From contig NC_059429.1 in assembly GCF_021028975.2 (NCBI RefSeq), positions 81,530,001 through 81,594,000 of the forward strand: a stretch of 64,000 bases of DNA, given 5' to 3'. Both the position numbers and the translations under genes were made by a program. This DNA is from Sphaerodactylus townsendi (lineage: Eukaryota). The notes under the pieces were generated by a model. That model was not told the origin of the DNA and did no database searches. It worked only from the letters and a program-made list of their open reading frames with translations. Of this stretch, positions 52,235 through 63,235 are shown one piece after another (the first letter of the stretch is position 1; each line of letters opens with the position of its first letter).

Positions 52235-52374
52235 AGCTGATTCCGCATGGGCCTAAAACAGCAGTGTGAAAACGGTGTGAAAATGGTGTAAAGGGGTTTA
52301 AAACGGTGTAAAAGGGTTTATACTGTTTTCACACCGTTTTCACACCGCTGTTTTTGGCCCATGCGGAATCAGCC
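52235..52374. mobile_element. PIF/Harbinger MITE, near-perfect palindrome
   Basis: gctgattccgcatgggcc / ggcccatgcggaatcagc termini, internal (ggtgtgaaaa)-type repeats mirrored on both arms, TTA TSD on both sides (52232-52234 and 52375-52377). Confidence 0.92.
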
Positions 52375-52604
52375 TTAGTTTCACAAGAGACATTGCAATC
52401 TAAGGGACATGAACTGCCCTTTAAAATCACCAACAGAACCAAAGATCTCTGGTCTGCCCTTTTCCTCAGACTTAAGTAGGGCAAATCTGGAGTCCTGCTT
52501 GTCCATGTAATTGAAAAGGAATGCTTAAGAATCAGTGCAGCAGATAAGAATACCATGCTGACAGTGACGCTTTGAGACAGGAGGAGAGATGACAATGATA
52601 AAAT

Positions 52605-52795
52605 GTGTCAATTTGCAACCAACTTGTGGCAATTCTATATGGGCTTTTCCAGCTAACAGATAGGCAGAGGTGGTTTTCTATTGCCTTACTCTGCAAAACA
52701 ACCCTGGTCTTCCTTGGTGGTCTCCCATCCAAGTACTAACCATGGCAGCCCCTGCCTATCTTCCAAGCGCTGTCTAGTCAGGGCTGTCCAGGCTG
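52605..52795 (-). mobile_element. 5S rRNA-derived SINE (5S-Sauria type)
   Basis: ggtctcccatccaagtactaacc is antisense to the 5S internal control region and is joined to a Sauria-like body; too degenerate to be a 5S gene. Confidence 0.8.
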
Positions 52796-52813
52796 CTACA
52801 ACAAAAACAATGA

Positions 52814-54033
52814 GGTATTGTGGGTTTTTCAGCTTGTGTGGGTATGGTAGGGTAGTTTTTGCTTTTAACATTTCAACTGCATCTAAGGCTGGCATCTAAG
52901 GAGGCATATCATGGCAAGATGTTTTTCTTAGTGGCACAGAAAATGGAGAAACATGTCTTGCTGTGACATACCTCTGAAGATCAACAGATGCAATGTTAAA
53001 ACTAAGTATACACGAAAATACAACAGTGTGTTGCATCTACCGCTTCATGTGCTGAAAAGTGCAAAACAAACAATAAAGTGCATACATACAGTGAAAACAA
53101 GTGCAATAATACATACAACTGCACTCTGTGTGCCAAGCTAGGGGACAAAGCTCTTAACTGTTAGAATTTTACACTGTTAAAGTATCCGTCCAGAGGGGGA
53201 TATGCAGGAATGTGAAAGTCTCACCAAGAAATATTGACCCCAATTATGGCTGACATCTGAAAATCTCATCTGAAGAAGATGATTCGAAAACGGCTAAGAT
53301 AGCGCATTCCATTCATCTTACACAGACAGAGTCTGCACAGACAAGTCTGTCTATCTCTCAAGTATTACGTTTATTTATTCAACTTGGGAGGGCAGAGTTT
53401 CATCCAATTGAAAGTGCGGTATGTTCATGCATGCATCTTGAGAACTAAGAGCTTCGTCCTGGAAATATCAAAGACATAAGGGATTGCTGTATATATTAAA
53501 TGAGAGGACATTGTTGTAAGAAACCGGAAGTACTGCGTGTGAATATGGACACTTTAACAGTGTAAAATTCTAACAGTTAAGAGCTTTGTCTCCTAGCTTG
53601 GCACACAGAGTGCAGTTGTATGTATTATTGCACTTGTTTTCACTGTATATATGCACCTTATTGTTTGTTTTGCATTTTTCAGCACATAAAGCTGTAGATG
53701 CAATGCGCTGTTGTATTTTCGTGTATACTTATGCCTCTGAAGATGCCATGCAGATGCCCTCACTAATGCAACTTCAGTGTTTTATACATATGCTAAAATG
53801 GGTGGATTCCACTTAACACATGCAAACTACACTTGCAAATTGAACCCTTAACACTTTTAACCAATGCAAATGGTTCTTTCTCCCACCCTGGACATTCCGC
53901 AGGTATATACACTCCATTTGCTTTACTACCATCAGATCCTCTGAAGAAGATGCCAGCTATAGATGCAGGTGAAATGTCAAGAGAAAATACTATTGAAACA
54001 CAGCCATAAAACCTGGAAAACCCACAACACCCC
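52814..54033. mobile_element. Penelope-derived inverted pLTR fragments with hammerhead relics, interrupted by a long-TIR element
   Basis: 52814-52905 is the approximate reverse complement of 53938-54033; CTGAAGA...GAAA-TGTC core at 53941-53978. Confidence 0.75.
53003..53731. mobile_element. Non-autonomous DNA transposon with ~185-bp TIRs (TA-flanked, Tc1/mariner-like)
   Basis: 53003-53187 is a close reverse complement of 53547-53731; termini TAAGTATACACG / CGTGTATACTTA. Confidence 0.88.
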
Positions 54034-56254
54034 ATCTTTTTTCTCTTTGCAGTGTTCAGCTTCCTCATGAATTTTGGCTGTATCGTTGTGTCCTGTCCTG
54101 TCAACATTGTTCTTGTGCAAAACATAGCTGGTTCTCCCCTCTTCTTATCAATAACTGCCCAGTTTAATTTTAAAGCCCAGTTCAAGAAACGAAAGGTGTT
54201 TTCTCTTGAGATACATCAATGCCACACTGGAACTTCAGTCTGGCTGGGGTTTTGCTATAGCTAGTTCTTATCATACTGATTAAGTCAAGCTCTGGTAGAA
54301 ATGAATACGGGACTTTTTAGGTGGAGAAACCTGACATTATATGAGTAGTAACAGATGGCTAATTAAGGTGAGTATACTAATTTACAAAAAGTTCATTAGT
54401 CATGCAGCTATGACTACTGCTACTTAGTCCATGCGAGGAGAAGGTAAAGTTCCTGCCAATTTGTATGTGCTAACCCTTCATTTTTAACTGAATTGCCCAT
54501 TTGTTGGATAACAAGTGGTCCACTGGTATGTCAGAATCGCAACCAGAATTTGTGACTGCAACTTGGGGAACTATGTTGGGTTTTTGTAACCGTGCCAGTT
54601 TAGGGGGAAGCAGCGTATACCTCATCTATTTTTGAGGTCTGAGTGGCAAATCATGTACAAGAACTAGCCGACCTGTACTACAAAAAAAGGAGGAGGCAGG
54701 CAGAGCAAGTCTCAGCTATGAAATCCAAGACCTGCATTGCACTATATTATCCTCTGTTCTGTTGTTGAGATAGTACAGGTTAAGCCTGGTTGGTCAAATG
54801 GCATTTGAAATTCATCAGAATTCAGCCACCCAGGACACATATGAAGCTCCAGGTCAGACCAGCAATCTTTCCCAGCATTATTAAGTTTGACAAGAGCCAG
54901 GCATTTGCTTCAGTTAGTTAATTTGGTTCAGAGATATGATGTGATCTCACAGTGTAACATCTCAAATAGCTGGTTTTTTTCAATTAACTCTTCAGTAATT
55001 CTTCAATAAAGAACCGCCATTTGGAAAGTCAATCAAACAATTCAGAAAATTTTGGATGAACTTCACCGTACAGCCATTATGTCAGGCTACCCTAGATGAT
55101 AAAATTTGGCTGAAAAGTACCTGAATGTAATTCCATGGTTGGGACATTGGGAGCATGCATATCCCACTCTTTATGTGTACCCTATAGTGTTCCCTAAACT
55201 CTAGTGAGACTATTTGTTCATTCTGAGAATTTCCATGGTAATATTTTTATTAGGACTTTTTAGAAGAGATAGAAATAAAGAACAAAAAAAAGAAGGGATC
55301 ACAATTTCCTTTGCACTAAATATACTCAACGTTAAACATTTACCACTTGCTCTCTAGCTGCAATAATGAAATTATAATTGAATTAATGTTTAATTATTAT
55401 TACTATTTAGTAAGATCCACACTTTTCTCTATTATGCTCATTGTGAGAATTTGGCCACCATTTTGGTTGTCCTGGTAACACACAATTAGATGTGTTGGCT
55501 TAACTCTTGTGAAAATAATATCATCAGAGTTTGGGAACTGGAATGTGAAGCTTGTGATGGTATTTTTAAAGAGGCCTGGGGAAGCAAGAAATTAAGAAAT
55601 TTTCCTCTAGCTTCCAGGCAGGGGTGGCAGAGAGTCAGACAAAGGGAGAGCAGTTGGTGGCTTGATAGCTGGAGAGAGACAGCTGGGAGTTGGTGGCTGT
55701 GAGGGAGGTTGTACTGCAAAGGCAATGGTCTCATGTCATCTCATTCATTATTGAGATCTGGTTTTAAACCAAAATTAGAAATTGGTTTGCAAATTATGTT
55801 TACAGCCACTCTTGGTTTTGGTGCACCTGCACAAATCACCCCTTCCCTGGTTAACAGGTTGGTTAACATTAAACTGGTTAACATTAAACCTGGCTAGCCA
55901 GGAAAGGGGGGATTTCTGCAGGTGCACCTATTTCTCAGCATTATGCACATTCTAGGCCAATATCAGATAAATATATTTAAAATGGTCCAATTTTTATTTC
56001 CTTTTGTCTACTTATTGGATGCCTTCAAAACATCTGAAAAACCACTTTTATTTAAAAGCATTTCCCACAGAAATAAAGACCAATCTTGTGCTTCAAGAAC
56101 AGTTTGTGATATTTTAAACTCCTTCTGAAAAATTTAAAACATTTTTAATGCCACTTCTCAACAAAAATTTCCCTAGGCAACATTCTTTTATAGCTGCATT
56201 TGAAATACTATGACCCATTGATCACTGTAGATCTGTAAAAACAGCTGAACAGTG

Positions 56255-56550
56255 CAATCTAAGGCTAAAGGGCTTCAGCCTTGTCAGTTCAGAAAGAAGA
56301 GGACTAAGGAGGGACATGAAAAAGTTGTACAAATGGCATAAAGAAAGGAGTTTTTCTTTTTCTCTTATAATACAAGAACTTGGAGTCAACCAGTGAAACT
56401 GATTGGCAATAAATGCAACATAAAAAAGAAGGTATTTCTTCATACAATATAGAATTGACTCATAGAATTCACTGCCATAAGATGTGGTGGTGACCTCTGG
56501 TTTAGATGGCGTTAAGAGGAGATTAGACTGATTCCTACAGAATAGCTTTA
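56255..56550 (+). mobile_element. Old CR1 3' fragment
   Basis: ttcagaaagaagaggactaaggagggacatg...gaattcactgcca...ttaagaggagattagac, the degenerate end of CR1 ORF2. Confidence 0.8.
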
Positions 56551-57039
56551 TGATGGAAAAGCCCTTTCTTGACCCATTTTTCAATGATTTCATTGTAAAC
56601 CTGCATCTACAAGAAGACGCTAACATACCACATGTCAGTCCCAAGAAAATGTGAATTTCAGAAAAACTATTGCCTTTTCTTTTGGTTTGAAAATTATTTG
56701 TTTGATGTTCTTGACAAATGTAGGTGACTGTCCGTTGCAGGGACCTGTCCTTATTAAGAGATAAATCCTACATGTACAAACTGTTTAATCCTAGAAGAAA
56801 TGCAGAGCTAATTAGCATAATAAGGAGTATGTAGACTTAAAAAAATGGTAGCCTCATTCACATTTCCCACTCAAGTTAGGTTATCCAGACTTGCTGATGT
56901 ATCTAAGATTGTTGGGCTGACTACTTAAGCAGGAGAGTTCGGTTGATAATGGAAGGCAGAACTCCTGATGTGTTGATATTCCATCCTTTGGAAGGCAGGT
57001 TGTATCACAGAGTTTCTGGATCTTCTCTGCCTTTTCTTC

Positions 57040-57172
57040 CAGTGGTGGGATTCAGCAGGTTCACACCACTTTGGCAGAACCGGTTGTTAAAATGCTGCTT
57101 GTATCCAACTTGTTAAGTTATTTGAATCCCACCACTGGGACCGGTTGTTAAATTGTTTGAATCCCACCACTG
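57040..57172. mobile_element. hAT MITE (CAGTGGTGGGATTCA family)
   Basis: 15-bp perfect TIR; perfect 8-bp TSD ttttcttc (57032-57039 and 57173-57180); duplicated right end. Confidence 0.95.
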
Positions 57173-57448
57173 TTTTCTTCACTTTTTCTATCCATACTCT
57201 CCAGAACACCAGGCATGCCCAGTTCTTCCTCAGTACTAGGTATTCCTTGTTGAGCATTTTGTTGCTCTTTTGCCAGCCCCATCAGTTCCAACCAACTTTG
57301 CTATTTCATGGCCACAACACTAATGGGTGTGGGGGGGGGGGGGTTAAGGAAAGGCTTGGCTTGCACAGAAAGGTTCCCAATTTCTCACATACACCATATC
57401 AGGGTCTGTTCTAAACCCTGGTCATAAATGACAGTCCTGATATTTGGT

Positions 57449-57615
57449 CTAGATACTTCTGCTGTACACACCCACATTTTCCTTCACATACAGACAAGCA
57501 CGGAATAAGACAGTTTATGATTGTGTTTCTCTAGATGATACTTCTGCGGTACACACCCACATTTCCTTCCCATACATACAAGCACTGAGTAAGGCAGTTT
57601 ATGATTGTATTTCTC
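57449..57615. repeat. ~82-bp tandem duplication
   Basis: gatacttctgc.gtacacacccacattt...cagtttatgattgt.tttctc occurs twice. Confidence 0.92.
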
Positions 57616-57799
57616 ACAGGTAGGTGTTCTTTGTCTCATTTATGACAAATGTAATTTACAAACCCCATCTACATGCTTAACCATTTGATAACATTATTGA
57701 TTTGAAAAATACTGAAAATGTGAGGTGAATATTCTTGCAGAAGGCTTGGAAGGTCAGAGACCTTGTCCACTCCTCTTTTATCTCTCTGTAGGCAGATGC

Positions 57800-58012
57800 T
57801 CGTTTCCCAAAGAGTAATTGACTTGTGGAATTCAGTGTCACAAGATACAAAGCTGGATATTAGTTTAGCTGGGTTTAAAAGAAGGTTAGACAGCTTTGTG
57901 GAGGAAAAGCCCATCAGTTGTTATTAGCCAGAATGGCCTAAAAGCATCCATTCAGCCACTGTTGGAAACAGGATGGTGGACTTGATGGTTCGTTGATCTT
58001 ACCCAGCAGGAT
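57800..58012 (+). mobile_element. Old CR1 3' fragment
   Basis: gagtaattgacttgtggaattca...gggtttaaaagaaggttagacag...ggacttgatgg. Confidence 0.7.
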
Positions 58013-58818
58013 TCTAAGGCCGTTTCTGCACAGCAGCAAAAGCAGCCTCGGGACCGATCATACAGTCCCATGCAGGTAGTCCTGAAGACAACACATGCAG
58101 AAATTAGGAGTACAAAAACCCCAAGCAAAGGCAACCACTGAACTTTTCCCAGAAAAATCTAGTTTACATGAGTTTCAATTTATTCAGTGGTTACTACCTG
58201 AGCGGATTAACCTTCACACTATGGGTACCAACACATATAATGTTGCTTTGATTGCTTAATTAGATAAGAGCCTCATAAATGGGTCTGTGAGTGGGAACTG
58301 ACAACAGCCAGGCCTGAAAAGAAGTTGAGGGGGGAGTCAAAGGGCCCCAGGAGATCATTTTTCTCCCATGAATTGTTATCTATGATCACATTGCCTCTGA
58401 TTATGGGGCTTTTTACATGTGTAAATGAGACCATCCTTCCAGTTGTTACATGGCAATCAGAGTCAAATTACATTCTAGCTGTTTACTTTCTGTGTCCTTA
58501 ATTAATCCGGCTATTAGACAATTAATGAAGCTTGTTTGGTGAGAAACTCTCAGTGTTTGGGGAAAAGGAGACCTGCATATGAATCTATTTGTGGCGGTGC
58601 CTGGGGAACCCTCAATATGACAGTTCAGATTCTCTCAGTAGCTTCCTTATATTTTGAATCAGAATCTTGGCTTTGCTGGAGTCCAGATTTACATTAGGAA
58701 CCAATTTCAGTTGTATTGTAAGTTAGATGCAAACATCACAGTAAGGGATTCATAGTTTGCTTTTACTGTATAAATGAAACATTCTTCCAGCCAGCTTTGA
58801 GAACTTTTCAAAATTTAT

Positions 58819-59558
58819 GGTTCACTTTGCACAGCACAAATAAGACTTCCTGAGGATGGAAAAAATGGCATCTTCGGGAGGAACTCCACACAGCTTTTTT
58901 CCCCAAGATATCCTTGGGATGCCTTATTTCAGCTCAAGCCACCCTATTTTGAGGATGCAAAGCTACTGATCTTTTTTCCCCCAAGTTATCTTCAAGTTGT
59001 CTCCTCTTGCTGTGCAAAGCTCAAGAGTTGAGAAGATGTCTTATTTTTCTTGCCTAATCATTAAACCTGCCTGGTCCGTTTCCTCCACATCACACCTGAC
59101 ATCTTACGGTGCTGCAGGGATTCTCTGTGCCTGCCACCATTTGCTGAAGGTTTCCTCAAGATTTGCTCTGCAGGCTCTGCTGCAGGGATTTTCCATGCCT
59201 GTGGCTATTTGAATTCCGGCAATATATAGTTTCCCCTTTTTTAAAATTTTTGATGAGCTGTCTTTAAAGACACAATTTTAGAATCCATGCCAATTTTCAT
59301 ATCAAAGACAGCTCATTGAAATTTTTCAAAAGGAAAAACTATATATTGCCAGAATTGGCAGGATGAGCTGACTATAACGATGTACGTTTTGGGTTGAAAA
59401 GGTGCCTAGCAGTGGACAAGTGCCTTGGGGGAACCTTCAACAAATAGCTACAGGCATGGAAAATTCCTGAAGCACTGTAAAATATTGAGTGCAAGAGCTT
59501 CAAACTTAGGTGAAAGAAATGGGGGGGGGCATTTTAGTTGTGCTGTGCAGAATGGACC
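58819..59558. mobile_element. Old palindromic non-autonomous element (Harbinger-like); related fragment at 60015-60290
   Basis: Outer ggttcactttgcacagcaca / tgtgctgtgcagaatggacc; inner arms 59211-59266 / 59304-59356. Confidence 0.65.
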
Positions 59559-60381
59559 TATGTCATCATTAAGGAGCAAGCATGCTGTAGACATTTTTTA
59601 ATGATGTTTGATTCCTCTTGAAAATAGAGATGTTCATCCTTACCTCAAAGTCACAGCACTGGAGCAACACTTAGAAATCATTGGTTGGTTATTCAAATAG
59701 TTTGGCTTTGGTTTGCAGACTGATAATTAATACAGAACTGATGAAGGGTTTTTGTGCCAAAAGATGCGAGCTCCCCTATCTAAGGTCAGTTTATACAATC
59801 AGTAGAATCAGGTAGTAAAGCCTTCTGTGGAGTATGTTTTTCAACATTGAGCAACAAATCTCCCTGCATATTGTAGTAAAGAAGCATATCAGAGAACTTA
59901 ACACACTACTTTTTTTTCAGAAAGTGGGACATATGTGTGTTTCTGCATGCTTATACGGTGGCTTCAATCTTCCATCTTACAAGCATCTGATTCTCTTCTG
60001 CGTGCCTGCATAGCTAAAAAGATAGCTCCTTGAATTTTTTTTTAAATAGGAAAACTATATATTGCTGGAATTGGCAGGACCACATGAGTACAACAATGTA
60101 CTTTTCAGGCTGAAAAGGCACCCAGAATTGGAGCCTGAAGTGCAAACATCCTGGGGTAACCTTCGGGGTAACCTTCGGGGATAGGCGGCCTATAAGTTTA
60201 ATAAAATAAATAAAATAAAAATAAATGGCAGCATGGAGAATCCTTTCAGCTACACCCAAAATTTCAGGTGTGAGCTGAGGGTGAAACTTATCAGGGAGAA
60301 AAACGGTGAGGCGGGAAACAGCCTTTCCCCCTCTCTGATGCCTTTGCTGTGGAAAGCACACCAAAAGCCACCTCTTTCTAA

Positions 60382-60897
60382 GGCCCTTTCCGTATGGGTG
60401 AAATACAGCTACCCAGGGACGGCAAAAACGCCATCCCTGGGCTGCTGTTTGCACAGGAGGCAATGATTAGTCTAATGATCCTGGCTGCTTGGGAGCAGCG
60501 TGAAACCGCCGCTGTAAACCTCGCTCGTTGAGCAAAGTTTTTGCAAAGCAGTGTCTTCCCATTGGCGCAGTGTGAACTGCACATCTGGGAATACACCGCT
60601 TTTTCCACCGCCTCCCCTGACCTTGTCTTCCAGTGTCGCTCTGGAGGGCTGCAGAGACCCATCCATGCTGCCCTCCGACCCCTGGAGGTCAAAGGGCAGT
60701 GTGGGCAGGTCCCTGCAGCCCTCCAGAGCGATGCTGGAAGACGAGGTCAGTGGAAGGGGCTCTGTGTGGAGCCGCCTCTCTGGCTGGTGGGGGGGAGTCA
60801 GGGCTGATTGCAGGCTAGTGTGCGAAAGGCCTCCCAGCCTCCACCGGCACAATTCATGCCGGTGGAGGTTCATTTCCGTGTGTGTGCGGAAAGGGCC
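60382..60897 (-). mobile_element. PIF/Harbinger-like element with a 134-bp hairpin (copy 3, opposite orientation)
   Basis: taa|ggccctttccg ... cggaaagggcc TIRs; hairpin 60617-60750. Confidence 0.8.
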
Positions 60898-62059
60898 AAT
60901 GTCCCCCAGATGTCTAATTTTGGGTGTGCAGAATGAAAAGAAGCAATTGCCTCTTTTTAAGATGTTCCACAGGTGTCTTTTTTTGAACTGTATAGAATGG
61001 ACCATTATCATGAAAGCTACTTCATCTAGAGAAAAGCAACTTTACGAAAGGATGATTTGGAGTGGAGAAATGTGCCACTGCTTTTCTCCTAAAAACCTAA
61101 CACACATCCTTCACTGGTACTTCCTCAAAAGTATATGCATGTTCATGAGGAACAACTCAACACAGAGAAAAGTAGTTTGTGATTGGTTGTGGCAGTGGGA
61201 CTGCAGTGAAAAAGTTGCCAACAAGAAAAACTTAAACACTCCCTCCACTTCTTGGCTCTCTTAACTTGCTTGCTCTGGTTGCTTTCCTTACAGAAGCAAA
61301 AGATGAGGCTTTGTTACACTTGGATGCATTCATTAGACATTGCTGACTGCTACTGCAGCTAAAATTAAACTGAGCCTTCGACTGAGCTCTACTATGCATC
61401 TCCTCAAGTTTTCTGCCCAATGTTTTCTGCTCCACAATCCTCCCCCACCCATTGGTCAATCTCTCTTACGTTGGGCTAAACCTCTGATGACTAAATGGCA
61501 TGTTAGCCTAATGATCAAATTGCCATAATCCCAAAGGAATAAGAAGAACTAATTCAGGGAACTCATTTACATACTACAGTGTTTCTGGTCTGTGAACAGG
61601 GTGTATGTGAGTAGTTTCCATAGAAACTGGCACAAAAGAAGCTCACATGAGTTTCCAATGCCTTTTCTTCTTTTCGTGCATAAATTCTCATTGTTCCTGT
61701 GAAGATAGTAAAGGCTTTTTAATCAAGGAAGCTTGCTACCTAGGAAGCGGAACTGGAATGAGAAGAAGGCATCAGAAACATGTGGCATAGGGGATGTAAT
61801 GCAGATGCATTCTTCTTATACCTGTATTTGGAATAAGAGGACCAGATGCACAGTAAGGCAAGACACTTATAAGGGCTATATTGAAATGGGAGTATAAGCA
61901 GACATGGTTTGTCATACAGAGTGTGGAGAAAAGCTGCTGTGCATTCCAAAAAATGCTTCTACATAACTATTGAAGGTGGAGCCTTGCCTACTGTGATGGA
62001 CGTGACGCCCTTGTCTTAGCTACACTGTCTACTGAAAATTACAGGTCCTGTGTAATCCC

Positions 62060-63235
62060 TCCTAGCTGGAAACAAAACAGTATTCCTCCCATCTTTTTTT
62101 AACCAGGTAGTTGAAATGACCCCACCAATTATTGCCCTATAAGTCTTTCAATTATTTTTTAAATTATTTCTTAGAAACTATATGTGCACCATTTACTTAA
62201 CAAGCTGGAAGAGTAGGCAGATGTGATCAATTTATCTGACCTGAACAGGCTGGTTTTAGGAAAGACACAGCATAATGAACCATTGCATGATCTTATTTGC
62301 TTTAGTTCAGAAGTACACACAAAGTTGAGTAGCCAGCTTTAGGTGGCATTTGTGGATCTCTCATCAGCCTTTGAATCTATTGATTGTGCTAGATTATGGC
62401 ATAAATTTAATAAATCTAGCATCAATAGAAGACTTTTCAGGCTGTTGAGGGAACTTTAAGCTGATACCAATGTTAGGATAACAGCAGGTGCATTAGAAAA
62501 ATTTATGGAACCAATCTTGTTGAGGAAAGGGGTTAAACAGAGTTTCTTTCTAGTCCCTTTCCAGTTTAATTTTTATATCAATGAAATAATTCGAATACTG
62601 GAATTTCCCACTCTAGCTGGTCAGAAGATACCCATTTTCCTTTATGCTGACAATATGGCAATCCAGTCCCTTACCAACGTAGGACTAAAAAGAATGCTAG
62701 CTAGTCTGGCTACCTAATGTGATAAGGAACACCTAAAAGTGAATTATAAGACAACAAAAATTATGTTTTTGGTAGATCTAGATTTAAACATAAATGGTTG
62801 TCAGGCTCCACCATTCTGGGCCTGCCAAAATGCACAAGACATGTCCGGGCATGTCTGGCTGCAGCTGGACTCATATTAGCATTGCCCAAGGCCAGAGGCC
62901 CTGCCTTTTGTTACTGCAGTAATGTAGTGATTGGAGTCCACCGACTCTCCCTAATAGCCCCTTCCCGGGGAGAAGCCAAGCCATTCCCAAAACAATGTAT
63001 CTACCGCAACTGTCTTCAACTGTCCTTTCTCATGCTGATATGGGGGGAATGCAAAGGTGGGGGTTAACTGACAGTAACTGTAAGGTTTATACTGGGGCCA
63101 GGGAGCTGGGGCTTCAGTCTCAGCTGCCTGGCCATAGGGGTCAGACACAGTTCTAATAAAGCTCCTAAAGCCATTCTCAAGTCTTGTTATTGACTGGGGT
63201 ACCAAACCCTTACAATGGTCCATCAGTAATCATAA
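62060..63235 (+). mobile_element. LINE RT relic (RTE/RTE-X-like), interrupted by a solo LTR
   Basis: DPTNYCPISL, EQAGFRK, AFVDLSSAFESID, KGVKQ, LYADNMA; the reading KHKW|SI is split by the LTR. Confidence 0.8.
62799..63214 (+). mobile_element. Solo LTR (416 bp)
   Basis: TGTCAGG...CCTTACA termini; perfect 5-bp TSD atggt (62794-62798 and 63215-63219); AATAAA at 63155. Confidence 0.88.

Noticed and set aside
52700-52770. 5S rRNA gene
   Set aside because: Partial and diverged, fused to a SINE body, with related degenerate copies at 19.9 and 38.3 kb.
60551-61264. 237-aa ORF, and the similar 191-aa ORF at 44099-44674
   Set aside because: The shared peptide comes from the GC-rich MITE hairpin rather than a gene family, and there are no transposase motifs.
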